38,429 bases of DNA from positions 1 to 38,429 of the forward strand of contig JAZLGD010000153.1 in assembly GCA_045616105.1 (NCBI GenBank), read 5' to 3'. This document shows positions 18,252-28,102 of this stretch, piece by piece. The translations under genes were made by a program, and so were the position numbers. The stretch comes from Oscillospiraceae bacterium (GTDB taxonomy: Bacteria > Bacillota > Clostridia > Oscillospirales > Oscillospiraceae). Under the pieces are notes generated by a model. That model was given only the letters and a program-made list of their open reading frames with translations, was not told the DNA's origin and ran no database searches. Position 1 is the first letter of the stretch, and each line of letters starts with the position of its first letter.

Positions 18252-18280
18252 TTGACAAATTCATCCCAAAAGCGTATATT
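18252..18280 (+). promoter_or_regulatory. Sigma-A-type promoter of carAB
   Basis: TTGACA, a 17-nt spacer, then TATATT. Confidence 0.55.
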
Positions 18281-18318
18281 TATTCGTTGGAAATGTGATT
18301 TATGAATAAATATTTATT
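18274..18318 (+). promoter_or_regulatory. Two ARG-box-like sequences (candidate ArgR/AhrC operator) overlapping and downstream of the car promoter
   Basis: GTATATTTATTCGTTG and TATGAATAAATATTTATT, compared with the remembered consensus TGAATAAAAATTCA. Confidence 0.35.
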
Positions 18319-18380
18319 TAGATTGAAGTTGTTATGCGTAATATAAAGCACCTGCAAAACAACGCAATTCGGAGGTTGCA

Positions 18381-19451
18381 ATGAAAAAAGCATATCTGGT
18401 ATTAAGTAACGGCGCGGTCTTTGAAGGCAAGCGCATAGGAGCTGAAAAAAGCAGCATAGGAGAGCTTGTATTCACAACGGGCATGGTCGGCTATCTCGAA
18501 ACGCTGACCGACCCCAGCTATGCAGGTCAGATCGTTGTGCAAACCTTCCCCATGATTGGCAACTACGGTCTGATACCCGAGGACTTTGAGGGTGTCTCCG
18601 CAGTAAAGGGCTATGTCGTGAGAGAGCTTTGCGATGCTCCGTCAAACTTCCGCAGCGAGGGAGACCTTAACTCTTTCCTCCTTCAGCAGGGAATCTGCGG
18701 AATATGTGATGTTGATACCAGAGAAATCACCCGAATAATCCGCAGCGAGGGCGTTATGAACGCCATGATCTGCGATGAAGTTCCCGAAGATACCGACATC
18801 ATCAAATCTTACAAGGTCTGCAATACGGTGGCCGATGTCACACGCAGGGAGCCTGAGCTTTTCCCGAGTAAGGGCGAAAAGAAATTTTCCGTCGCTCTTG
18901 TTGACTACGGCGCAAAAAGCAATATCATCCGCTCACTTAATGAGCGCGGATGTGATGTTATGGTCGTGCCTGCAAACACGAGTGCCGAGGACATACTCGC
19001 AATGGCGCCTGACGGTGTTATGCTGTCAAACGGCCCCGGCGATCCTGCGGATAATGTATTCTGCATAGAGCAGATAAAAAAGCTCTTAGGCAAAGTCCCC
19101 ATATTCGGTATCTGTCTCGGACATCAGCTCACCGCTCTTGCCGCAGGCGGCAAAACCGTAAAGCTCAAATATGGGCACAGAGGCGCAAATCAGCCCGTTC
19201 GCGATCTGGTCTGCGGAAGAACATACATAACGAGCCAGAATCACGGCTACGCTGTCCTCGCTGAGAGTCTTGAGGGCAAAGGTGTTCAGATCTTCGCAAA
19301 CGCCAACGACGGAAGCTGCGAGGGTATGGAATATCCGGAGCTTAACTGCTTTACCGTTCAGTTCCATCCCGAGGCATGCTCAGGCCCTAAGGACACATCG
19401 TTTTTGTTTGACCGTTTTACAGCTTTAATGGGAGAGATGAAAAATGCCTAA
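18381..19451 (+). CDS. carA: Carbamoyl-phosphate synthase small (glutaminase) subunit
   Basis: 356 aa. FTTGMVGYLETLTDPSYAGQIV, the catalytic GICLGHQL, and HGYAV. The RBS is ggagg. Confidence 0.95.
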   Translation: MKKAYLVLSNGAVFEGKRIGAEKSSIGELVFTTGMVGYLETLTDPSYAGQIVVQTFPMIGNYGLIPEDFEGVSAVKGYVVRELCDAPSNFRSEGDLNSFLLQQGICGICDVDTREITRIIRSEGVMNAMICDEVPEDTDIIKSYKVCNTVADVTRREPELFPSKGEKKFSVALVDYGAKSNIIRSLNERGCDVMVVPANTSAEDILAMAPDGVMLSNGPGDPADNVFCIEQIKKLLGKVPIFGICLGHQLTALAAGGKTVKLKYGHRGANQPVRDLVCGRTYITSQNHGYAVLAESLEGKGVQIFANANDGSCEGMEYPELNCFTVQFHPEACSGPKDTSFLFDRFTALMGEMKNA

Positions 19452-22400
19452 AAATTCAGATATAAAAAAGGTTCTGGTTATTGGCTCAGGACCCATAGTT
19501 ATAGGTCAGGCCGCCGAGTTCGACTATGCCGGCGCTCAGGCCTGCCGCGTATTGAAGGACGAGGGAATAAATGTCGTTCTCGTAAATCCGAACCCTGCCA
19601 CAATAATGACCGACAGCCAGTTTGCCGACGAGATTTATCTCGAGGCGCTTGACGTTGAGACGCTTACAAGGATAATCGAAAAGGAACGCCCCGACGGTAT
19701 TCTGGCTGGCTTAGGCGGTCAGACCGGCCTTACCCTTGCCTCGGAGCTTGCCGAGCGCGGAGTTCCCGAGAAATACGGTGTGCGTCTTTTGGGCACCGAT
19801 GCCGCAGCCATAAATAAGGCTGAGGACAGAGAGCTTTTCCGCGACGAGATGGAAAGAATCGGCCAGCCCGTTGTTGCATCCGATATTGCAAATAATGTTG
19901 AGGATGCGCTGGCGGCTGCGGAAAAGATCGGCTATCCCGTTATTATCCGCCCGGCATTTACTCTGGGCGGCTCCGGCGGTGGAATTGCTTACACTGTCGA
20001 AGAGATGAAGGAGATTGCCCGAAACGGAATCGAGCTTTCCCCTATCAACCAGATCCTTGTTGAAAAGTGCATTTCTGGCTGGAAGGAAATTGAGTTCGAA
20101 ACCATGCGTGACGCCGTCGGCAATGTTATAGCAGTATGCTCCATGGAAAACTTTGACCCCGTTGGCATACACACCGGTGACTCCATCGTAGTCGCTCCCG
20201 CTCTGACACTGGCGGACAAGGAATACCAGATGCTGCGCAGCGCGGCACTGGACATCATCTCGTCCATCGGAATTGTCGGCGGATGCAACTGCCAGTTTGC
20301 GCTTAATCCCGATAACTTTGAATATGCTGTTATTGAGGTAAACCCCAGGGTTTCCCGCTCCTCCGCACTTGCATCCAAGGCTACCGGATACCCCATAGCC
20401 AAGATAACAACTAAGCTCGCTCTGGGTTATACTCTGGACGAGATTAAAAACGACATCACAGGTAAAACCTGTGCCTGCTTCGAGCCCGCTCTGGACTATG
20501 TTGTTGTCAAGTTCCCCAAGTGGCCCTTTGACAAGTTCGTAGGCTCAAGCCGCATCCTCGGAACACAGATGAAGGCAACGGGCGAGGTCATGGCAATCGC
20601 GCCCAGCTTTGAAATGGCGCTGATGAAGGCTGTCAGGGGCGCGGAGATATCTCTCGACACGCTGAATTGCGAGCCTCTTTCCGACAAGAGCATTGAAGAG
20701 CGTCTGCATGAACAGAATGATCACCGCATTTTCACGGTTTTCGAGGCTTTGAAATCCGGTGTCAGCGTTCAGCATATACACGATATAACCAAGATTGACA
20801 AGTGGTTTATCTCAAAGCTTGAAAATCTTGCTCGGTTTGAGAAAAAGCTCTCTGAAGGATACAACGACGAACTCTATCTTCAGGCCAAGAAATACGGCTA
20901 TACCGATGCCGCAATAAAACGCATTTCCGGATGCGAAAGCATAGGCAGCATAGATTTTTCCTACAAGATGGTCGATACCTGCGCCGCAGAATTTGAAGCG
21001 CAGACACCCTATTTCTATTCCTGCTGCGACAAGGCTTGCGAATCCCGCAGCTTCAAGCGCTCGGGAAAGCCCGTGGTCATGGTTATCGGCTCTGGTCCTA
21101 TTCGCATCGGTCAGGGAATAGAATTCGATTACAGCTCCGTTCACTGCGTTATGACACTGCGCAAGCTGGGATATGACGTTGTAATCGTAAACAACAACCC
21201 CGAAACGGTTTCCACAGACTATGACACTGCTGACCGTCTGTACTTTGAGCCTCTTTACTCTGAAGATGTTATGAACATCATCAAGATTGAAAAGCCCATC
21301 GGCGTTGTTGTCGCTTTCGGCGGTCAGACCGCAATAAGACTTGTTGAATATCTCGATTCCAACGGCATCCCCATTCTCGGCACCTCTGCCGAGGGCATAG
21401 ACCTTGCCGAGGACCGCGAGAAGTTCGATGCCTTCCTTGAGTCCATAGGCATGAAACGCCCCAAGGCCGTAACCGTAAACTCCACCGAGGAAGCACTAAT
21501 CGCCGCTAAAATTCTGGGCTACCCCGTGCTTCTGCGCCCGTCATATGTCATAGGCGGTCAGGGCATCAGTGTCGCCCGAAGCGCGGACGAGATAAAAGAA
21601 TACATGAAGCGTATCCAGTCCGACAAGATCTCAAATTCCGTACTGGTTGATAAATATATGCCCGGAACGGAGCTGGAGGTTGACTGCATTTCCGACGGTA
21701 CAACTGTTCTCATCCCCGGAATAATGGAGCACGTCGAGCGCGCTGGAATTCACTCCGGCGACTCAATTGCGGTCTATCCTCCCTATAACCTTTCCGATGC
21801 CATGACGAAAAAGGTATGCGATATATCAATAAAGATGGCAAAGGGTCTTGGCACAAAGGGCATTGTCAACATTCAGTATCTCGTATACGACAACGAGCTG
21901 TATGTAATAGAGGTCAATCCCCGGGCAAGCCGCACCGTTCCCTATATCAGCAAGGTTACGGGCATTCCCATGGTAGAGCTTGCAAGCCGCGCAATGCTCG
22001 GCGAACAGCTTACCGACATGGGTTATTCCGAGGGTCTTGCGCCCACGGGAAAGTACTATGCGGTCAAGGTTCCCGTGTTCAGCTTCGAGAAGCTCTCGGA
22101 TGCAAACTCGATCATGGGCCCTGAAATGAAGTCCACAGGCGAGGTTCTCGGCATAGGCAGGACAAAGACCGAAGCCCTTTATAAGGGTCTTGCCTCCAGC
22201 GGAATTGACGTTCATGCCGATAATCGCAAACAAAACCGCGGCATACTAATCTCTGTTGAGGACTATGATTATTCCGATGCTATTCAGATGGCGGAAAAGT
22301 TTACGGATTTGGGCATGGCTCTGTATGCTACGCCTGACACCGCAAAAGCCATCAGGGGACGCGGAATGGATGTCACTACCGTGCGCAATGTCTGGGAAAA

Positions 22401-22626
22401 CAATGATATTTACGATTTGCTGGATAACGGCAAGGTCGATTACATCGTTTATACGGGCGCTGTTATGGACAGCTCCGTGGGCGATTACCGACTTTTACAC
22501 CGCAAGGCAATGAATCTGCGTATTCCCTGCATGACTTCAATTGACACCGCAATGGCCCTGGCCGATGTGGTAAGCGCACATTATTCTCTCAAAAACATTT
22601 GTCTGATTGATATCAATCAGCATTGA
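19444..22626 (+). CDS. carB: Carbamoyl-phosphate synthase large subunit
   Basis: 1060 aa with duplicated ATP-grasp halves (VLVIGSGPIVIGQAAEFDYAG and VMVIGSGPIRIGQGIEFDYS) and a C-terminal MGS-like domain. It overlaps carA by 8 nt. Confidence 0.95.
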   Translation: MPKNSDIKKVLVIGSGPIVIGQAAEFDYAGAQACRVLKDEGINVVLVNPNPATIMTDSQFADEIYLEALDVETLTRIIEKERPDGILAGLGGQTGLTLASELAERGVPEKYGVRLLGTDAAAINKAEDRELFRDEMERIGQPVVASDIANNVEDALAAAEKIGYPVIIRPAFTLGGSGGGIAYTVEEMKEIARNGIELSPINQILVEKCISGWKEIEFETMRDAVGNVIAVCSMENFDPVGIHTGDSIVVAPALTLADKEYQMLRSAALDIISSIGIVGGCNCQFALNPDNFEYAVIEVNPRVSRSSALASKATGYPIAKITTKLALGYTLDEIKNDITGKTCACFEPALDYVVVKFPKWPFDKFVGSSRILGTQMKATGEVMAIAPSFEMALMKAVRGAEISLDTLNCEPLSDKSIEERLHEQNDHRIFTVFEALKSGVSVQHIHDITKIDKWFISKLENLARFEKKLSEGYNDELYLQAKKYGYTDAAIKRISGCESIGSIDFSYKMVDTCAAEFEAQTPYFYSCCDKACESRSFKRSGKPVVMVIGSGPIRIGQGIEFDYSSVHCVMTLRKLGYDVVIVNNNPETVSTDYDTADRLYFEPLYSEDVMNIIKIEKPIGVVVAFGGQTAIRLVEYLDSNGIPILGTSAEGIDLAEDREKFDAFLESIGMKRPKAVTVNSTEEALIAAKILGYPVLLRPSYVIGGQGISVARSADEIKEYMKRIQSDKISNSVLVDKYMPGTELEVDCISDGTTVLIPGIMEHVERAGIHSGDSIAVYPPYNLSDAMTKKVCDISIKMAKGLGTKGIVNIQYLVYDNELYVIEVNPRASRTVPYISKVTGIPMVELASRAMLGEQLTDMGYSEGLAPTGKYYAVKVPVFSFEKLSDANSIMGPEMKSTGEVLGIGRTKTEALYKGLASSGIDVHADNRKQNRGILISVEDYDYSDAIQMAEKFTDLGMALYATPDTAKAIRGRGMDVTTVRNVWENNDIYDLLDNGKVDYIVYTGAVMDSSVGDYRLLHRKAMNLRIPCMTSIDTAMALADVVSAHYSLKNICLIDINQH

Positions 22627-22717
22627 TCGTCGACGGAGAATACCCGTATTAGTCAGTTTTTGTCAAAATCATACTATTTAACGCTATAAAGCGATAAATT
22701 TTTATGTATCTTATCGA

Positions 22718-22746
22718 TTGACATATAAGCAATCAGCAAGTAGAAT
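22718..22746 (+). promoter_or_regulatory. Sigma-A-type promoter of the lysine operon leader
   Basis: TTGACA, a 17-nt spacer, then TAGAAT. Confidence 0.55.
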
Positions 22747-22770
22747 TAACTAAACTGAATATTGCAATTT

Positions 22771-22932
22771 AGGATAGAGGTCGCAATTTTCAATATTACC
22801 TGCGGTGTCAAGACTCCGGCGAAGTCGTTGCCGTCAGGGAAAGGGGAAGTTGCCGAAAGAGAAACAGCCAATTTTTCTTGGGCAATCGAATAATATTCGG
22901 TTGACTGTCGCATAAGCGGAGAGCTATAGAAT
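22771..22932 (+). ncRNA. Lysine riboswitch (L-box)
   Basis: Conserved L-box blocks appear in order: AGGATAGAGGTCGCAA, GGGAAAGGGGAAGTTGCCGAAAG, GACTGTCGCA, GGAGAGCTAT. It lies upstream of dapA and is followed by a terminator. Confidence 0.85.
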
Positions 22933-22971
22933 TGTTTTATAATCCGAAAACGGATAAAAAAGCTTTTACAA

Positions 22972-23006
22972 GTAGCTGACCTCTTAAAAAGTCAGCTGCT
23001 TTTTTA
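22972..23006 (+). terminator. Expression-platform terminator of the L-box
   Basis: gtagctgac / gtcagctgc stem followed by TTTTTT, 50 nt before the dapA start. Confidence 0.75.
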
Positions 23007-23055
23007 TTATCTGAGCTTGCAATACAGTTAATACATCTGTAAGGAGACACAAATT

Positions 23056-23943
23056 ATGATCAGCACACCTATTTTCCGCGGAGTAGCCACAGCACTCATC
23101 ACCCCGACAACACCCGAAGGCGTAGACTATGAGGCATTCGGCCGTGTTATTGACTGGCAGATTGAGGAAGGCATCAACGCACTCGTTATTGCAGGCACAA
23201 CCGGCGAAGGAACAACTCTTTCCGACGCAGAGCATCGCGAGGTTCTCAAGTTCGCAGTTGACCGCATCGCAGGCCGCGTTCCCATGATTGCAGGCACAGG
23301 CTCAAACGATACAGCCTATGCTATTGATCTTTCCAGATACGCCTGCTCAATCGGCGTTGACGGACTTCTTGTTGTTACTCCTTATTACAACAAGGCAACC
23401 CAGAAGGGCCTCATCGAAATGTACACCGCAATCGCGGATGCAGTTACAAAGCCCATCATTCTTTATAATGTTCCTTCCCGCACCGGCGTTGCTATTGAGC
23501 CGTCCACCTATGCCGCACTTGCCGACCACCCCATGATTGCAGGTATCAAGGAAGCAAACGGCGATATAACAAAGATTGTTCAGGCATTCTCTCTCGTCGG
23601 AGATAAGCTGAGCATTTATTCCGGTAATGACGACCAGATTACACCTATCCTCTCCATGGGCGGTCAGGGTGTCATCTCCGTTCTTTCCAACATCGCACCT
23701 CGCCAGACTGTTGAACTCTGCGACCGCTTCTTTGCAGGCGATGTTGCAGGCAGCGCAGCTTTGCAGTGCGAGATGTTTGACCTCATAAAGGCTCTGTTCT
23801 CCGAGGTCAACCCCATCCCCGTAAAGGCCGCCATGGCTGAGCTGGGCTTCTGCCAGAACTATCTCAGGCTTCCCCTCACTCCCATGGATGAGGCAAAGAA
23901 GGCAGTACTGTTTGACCTTATGCGTCAGCAGGGAATTCTCTGA
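23056..23943 (+). CDS. dapA: 4-hydroxy-tetrahydrodipicolinate synthase
   Basis: 295 aa. GVATALITPT, GTTGEGTTLS, LVVTPYYNK, and YNVPSRTG. The RBS is aaggag. Confidence 0.95.
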   Translation: MISTPIFRGVATALITPTTPEGVDYEAFGRVIDWQIEEGINALVIAGTTGEGTTLSDAEHREVLKFAVDRIAGRVPMIAGTGSNDTAYAIDLSRYACSIGVDGLLVVTPYYNKATQKGLIEMYTAIADAVTKPIILYNVPSRTGVAIEPSTYAALADHPMIAGIKEANGDITKIVQAFSLVGDKLSIYSGNDDQITPILSMGGQGVISVLSNIAPRQTVELCDRFFAGDVAGSAALQCEMFDLIKALFSEVNPIPVKAAMAELGFCQNYLRLPLTPMDEAKKAVLFDLMRQQGIL

Positions 23944-23960
23944 TACGGGAGAAATCAAGC

Positions 23961-24683
23961 ATGAACATTATCGTTAACGGCTGCACGGGCGCCATGGGCA
24001 AGGTACTGACAGGGCTTATAAATGCAGATGAAAGCCTCAGCCTTGCTGCCGGAGTAAGCCGCAGCTGCCCCGAGTATTCAGCTCTGAGTGAATATCAGGG
24101 ACCTGCCGACTGCGTTATAGACTTTTCAAATCATTCAAATACCAATGAGCTTCTCTCCTACTGCGAGGAGCGCGGACTTCCCGTTGTCATTGCCACAACA
24201 GGCCAGACAGAGGAAGAAAAAGCGGCAATATCCGCAGCGGCGGAAAAAATCCCCGTATTTTATTCGGGAAATATGTCTCTCGGAATTGCGCTTTTGGTTG
24301 AGTTGGCAAAGCAGACGGCCAAGGTTTTCCCCGATGCTGATATCGAGATTATCGAAAGACACCACAACAGAAAAATCGATGCACCTAGCGGAACTGCCCT
24401 TATGCTTGCCGATGCGATTCGCGAGGTAAGACCCGAAGCGACCTACAATCTCGGTCGTCCGGAAAACGGAAAGCGAACAAAGCAGGAGATCGGCATTCAC
24501 GCAGTCCGATACGGCAATGAGGTCGGAACACACGAGGTCATCGTTGCAACCAACAGCCAGGTTATCACCTTAAAGCACGAGGCCGAAAACCGCGCGCTCT
24601 TTGCCGAGGGTGCTCTGTCCGCAGCAGCATTTCTCATTAATCAGGCACCGGGCCTGTACAACATGAAGGATTTGACACGCTAA
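23961..24683 (+). CDS. dapB: 4-hydroxy-tetrahydrodipicolinate reductase
   Basis: 240 aa. VNGCTGAMG, and EIIERHHNRKIDAPSGTAL. Confidence 0.9.
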   Translation: MNIIVNGCTGAMGKVLTGLINADESLSLAAGVSRSCPEYSALSEYQGPADCVIDFSNHSNTNELLSYCEERGLPVVIATTGQTEEEKAAISAAAEKIPVFYSGNMSLGIALLVELAKQTAKVFPDADIEIIERHHNRKIDAPSGTALMLADAIREVRPEATYNLGRPENGKRTKQEIGIHAVRYGNEVGTHEVIVATNSQVITLKHEAENRALFAEGALSAAAFLINQAPGLYNMKDLTR

Positions 24684-24693
24684 GGAGTAAAAT

Positions 24694-25386
24694 ATGGACG
24701 CTCAGGAAATTATACGATACATAGCCGAAGCGGAGAAGAAAACTCCCGTCAAGCTATATATAAACGAGAAAGAACCCATCGACTACGGCTCTGCAACCGT
24801 ATTCGGTGACAGCAGCAAAATAGTGTTCGGCGATTGGAGAGAACTTGCTCCCATTATAGAAGCCAACAGCGATAAAATTGCTGACATAATCATTGAAAAC
24901 AACTGCCGCAACAGTGCTATTCCCATGCTGGACATGAAAGACATTACGGCCCGTATTGAGCCGGGCGCAATTATACGCGAGCAGGTTCAGATCGGCAAAA
25001 ACGCCGTCATCATGATGGGTGCTATCATCAACATCGGCGCTGTTATCGGAGACGGAACCATGATAGACATGGGCGCGGTTCTCGGCGGCAGAGCAACCGT
25101 CGGCAATAATTGTCACATTGGCGCAGGCGCCGTTCTTGCCGGTGTTATCGAGCCTGCATCTGCAAAGCCCGTAATCATTGAAGACGGGGTCCTTGTAGGC
25201 GCAAATGCAGTTGTTATCGAGGGCGTTCATATCGGTAAGAATGCCGTTGTTGCCGCAGGTGCAGTTGTTATTGAAGATGTACCTGACAACATGGTCGTTG
25301 CAGGCTGTCCTGCACGCATCATAAAAGAAAAGGACGAGAAGACAACGCTTAAATCCGCCCTTGAGGAATCTCTCAGAAACCTCTGA
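24694..25386 (+). CDS. dapH: Tetrahydrodipicolinate N-acetyltransferase (hexapeptide-repeat, acetylase branch)
   Basis: 230 aa. The N-terminus is [20 protein letters not shown], and it carries left-handed beta-helix repeats ([33 protein letters not shown]...). Confidence 0.85.
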   Translation: MDAQEIIRYIAEAEKKTPVKLYINEKEPIDYGSATVFGDSSKIVFGDWRELAPIIEANSDKIADIIIENNCRNSAIPMLDMKDITARIEPGAIIREQVQIGKNAVIMMGAIINIGAVIGDGTMIDMGAVLGGRATVGNNCHIGAGAVLAGVIEPASAKPVIIEDGVLVGANAVVIEGVHIGKNAVVAAGAVVIEDVPDNMVVAGCPARIIKEKDEKTTLKSALEESLRNL

Positions 25387-25413
25387 TTACTCATTCAAAC
25401 TATATAAGTAAAG

Positions 25414-25444
25414 TTGCTCCGGCGAAGTTTTTGCGCCGGAGCAA
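25414..25444 (+). other. Perfect 11-bp hairpin between dapH and the deacetylase gene (intra-operon stem-loop with a weak U-tract)
   Basis: ttgctccggcg aagtttttg cgccggagcaa, followed by ttatc. Confidence 0.5.
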
Positions 25445-25475
25445 TTATCAAGAAAGCAGATTTCGGGAAATCGTT

Positions 25476-26657
25476 ATGGACTATATTGCACAGGCCAACA
25501 GAATAAGCGATGAGCTCGCCGTAATAAGGCACAGCTTTCATATGGAGCCGGAAATCGGGCTCAATGAGTTTGCTACTGCGGAGAAGATTGAGCGAGAACT
25601 GAATTCATGCGGTATCGAAACCGAAAGAATTCTCGGGACCGCGGTCATCGGAACTCTGCACGGAGCCTTCCCCGGGCGCACAGCAGCGCTCAGAGCGGAT
25701 ATTGATGCTCTTCCTGTTGAGGAAAACACCGGATGTGATTTTTCTTCGAAGTTCCCCGGTCTTATGCACGCTTGCGGACATGACTGCCACACAACGGCAG
25801 TTATAGGAGCGGCAAAGCTGCTTGCAGCAAACGCCGACAAGCTGCACGGAACGGTGAAATTCCTGTTTCAGCCCGACGAGGAGGGCTGCGGCGGGGCAAA
25901 GCGAATGATTGATTGCGGCTGCCTTGAAAAGCCTCATGTTGATGCCGTGTTCGGCATGCACGTGTCACCTGATTTGCCTCTTGGCACCGTCGGAATAAGA
26001 TACGGCAAGTTCTATGCCGCATCCAACACATTTAAAATCACGGTGCACGGTCTGTCCTCACACGGTGCAGAGCCCGAAAAAGGCATAGATGCTCTTGACG
26101 CTGCAGTGGAAATGCTGACAGAGATACGTGAGTTCCGCCGACAGCTTCAGGAAAAGCACGGCCCGCTTGTCATTACCACCGGTCAGCTTCATTCGGGAAG
26201 TGCGGGCAATATAATCGCCGACACAGCGGAGTTTGAAGGAATAATCCGAACTCTCGGTCAGGCGGCAAGAACAGAGACTGTTGAAAGCTTCAGAAGCCTT
26301 ATAGAGAATATCTCTTCAAAACACGGGACAAAGACGGATATATTAATCCGCGAAAGCTATCCGGGAATCGTAAACGATGATGAAGCGACGGCCTTTGTCG
26401 AAAAGCAGGCGCGTATCCTGTTCGGTGACGATAAGCTTGCACTCATTGAAAAGCCGACTATGACAACGGAGGACTTCGGATATTTCCTCATGGAACGCCC
26501 CGGCACATTCTTCCACTTCGGAGTCGGCGGAAGCTATCCGCTCCACAATCCCTGTTTCCTGCCGGATGACAGCATGCTCGCACCCGTAGCCGCGCTTCAT
26601 GCGCAGATAATAACCGCATTTTTAAATAACGAAGAATGCCCTTTGGAGGACAGATAA
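25476..26657 (+). CDS. M20-family amidohydrolase, likely N-acetyldiaminopimelate deacetylase
   Basis: HMEPEIGLNEF, MHACGHDCHT, and FQPDEEG. Operon context sits between dapH and the aspartokinase. The start was moved to MDYIAQ because the tracked TTG at 25431 lies inside the hairpin. Confidence 0.75.
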   Translation: MDYIAQANRISDELAVIRHSFHMEPEIGLNEFATAEKIERELNSCGIETERILGTAVIGTLHGAFPGRTAALRADIDALPVEENTGCDFSSKFPGLMHACGHDCHTTAVIGAAKLLAANADKLHGTVKFLFQPDEEGCGGAKRMIDCGCLEKPHVDAVFGMHVSPDLPLGTVGIRYGKFYAASNTFKITVHGLSSHGAEPEKGIDALDAAVEMLTEIREFRRQLQEKHGPLVITTGQLHSGSAGNIIADTAEFEGIIRTLGQAARTETVESFRSLIENISSKHGTKTDILIRESYPGIVNDDEATAFVEKQARILFGDDKLALIEKPTMTTEDFGYFLMERPGTFFHFGVGGSYPLHNPCFLPDDSMLAPVAALHAQIITAFLNNEECPLEDR

Positions 26658-26658
26658 T

Positions 26659-27975
26659 ATGCAGACAACAGTTGTAAAATTCGGAGGAAGCTCTCTTGCC
26701 TCCGCACAGCAGTATAAGAAGGTTGCAGATATAATAAAGTCGGACCCCTCGCGCCGCTTTGTTGTTGCTTCTGCACCCGGAAAACGCAGCAGCGATGACG
26801 TCAAGGTAACCGACATGCTGTACAAGTGCTTTGCGCTTGCCGGTGACGGCGAGGATTATGAGCCGCAGCTCGAACTCATTAAGGACAGATTCACCGCCAT
26901 TGCGGACGAGCTGAACATCGAATTTGACATTGACTCGGAAATCAGCATCATAAGAAAGCAGCTTTCCCTTAATCCCTCTTCCGAATACATGGCGAGCCGC
27001 GGAGAATACCTTAACTCAAAGCTCCTGTCATTATATCTGGGCTACGAATTTATTGATGCCGCGGATGTCATCAGATTCAATGAAGACGGAACTTTAGCCG
27101 ATTCCGAAACCTACAGAATACTCGCTGCCGCTGTCAAGGGCGTGAGAAACGCGGTTATCCCCGGCTTCTACGGTGCTCAGGCAGACGGAACAATCCGCAC
27201 CTTTTCCCGCGGCGGCTCGGATGTGACCGGTGCAATCGTTGCCCACGCAGTCGATGCCGATATGTATGAAAACTGGACCGATGTTTCCGGTATGCTGATG
27301 GCGGATCCGAGAATCGTCGAAAACCCTAAGCCCATTGAATTCATATCTTACAGAGAGCTCCGCGAGCTTTCCTATATGGGCGCAACCGTACTTCACGAAG
27401 AGGCGGTCTTCCCTGCAAGAACACTCGGCATCCCCATCAATATCAGAAACACAAACCGTCCTGAGGACCCCGGCACCATGATTACGAAGGCCGTACCGCC
27501 GACCTTTGCAAACAGACCTGTAACGGGAATTGCCGGCAGCACGGGTTTTTCAAGCATATTGATTGAAAAGGCCATGATGAACTCTGAGATAGGCTTTGCC
27601 TGCACTGTTCTTGAGCTATTCAAAAAGCACGGACTTGCATTTGAGCATATGCCCTCCGGTATCGATACAATTTCTTTTGTCCTCAAAACGGCCGAGCTTA
27701 ACGCCTGCCGCGATGAACTGTTTGAGGAGATGGATCAGGCTCTCAGCCCTGATACTCTCACCGTTGACGATGACTTTGCCATGATTGCCATTGTCGGCCA
27801 CGGAATGGTTTATACTCCCGGAGTTGCTGCGCGCGCATTCGCCGCTGTGGGTAATGCGGGGATAAATATTAAAATGATCGATCAGGGCTCGAGCGGATAC
27901 AACATAATCATCGGTGTCGCCGAGAAGGATTACGCTGCAACCGTTAAGGCCATTTACGACGAATTTAACAAATGA
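26659..27975 (+). CDS. lysC: Aspartate kinase with C-terminal ACT domains
   Basis: 438 aa. VVKFGGSSLAS, and the tail IAIVGHGMVYTPGVAARAFAAVGNAGINIKMIDQGSS. It is the last gene of the L-box operon. Confidence 0.85.
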   Translation: MQTTVVKFGGSSLASAQQYKKVADIIKSDPSRRFVVASAPGKRSSDDVKVTDMLYKCFALAGDGEDYEPQLELIKDRFTAIADELNIEFDIDSEISIIRKQLSLNPSSEYMASRGEYLNSKLLSLYLGYEFIDAADVIRFNEDGTLADSETYRILAAAVKGVRNAVIPGFYGAQADGTIRTFSRGGSDVTGAIVAHAVDADMYENWTDVSGMLMADPRIVENPKPIEFISYRELRELSYMGATVLHEEAVFPARTLGIPINIRNTNRPEDPGTMITKAVPPTFANRPVTGIAGSTGFSSILIEKAMMNSEIGFACTVLELFKKHGLAFEHMPSGIDTISFVLKTAELNACRDELFEEMDQALSPDTLTVDDDFAMIAIVGHGMVYTPGVAARAFAAVGNAGINIKMIDQGSSGYNIIIGVAEKDYAATVKAIYDEFNK

Positions 27976-28010
27976 TTTTCGCTTCCGTATACATCCGATT
28001 ACTAAAACAG

Positions 28011-28044
28011 CCTAAGGGGTGCCGCATATGCGGCACCCCTTAGG
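28011..28044. terminator. GC-rich 16-bp palindromic hairpin between converging operons
   Basis: cctaaggggtgccgca ta tgcggcaccccttagg. Confidence 0.65.
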
Positions 28045-28102
28045 CATTATATCGTCGGCTAAAAAAATGCAAGCACGGTTTTGTCCGTGCTTGCATGTTC
28101 GT

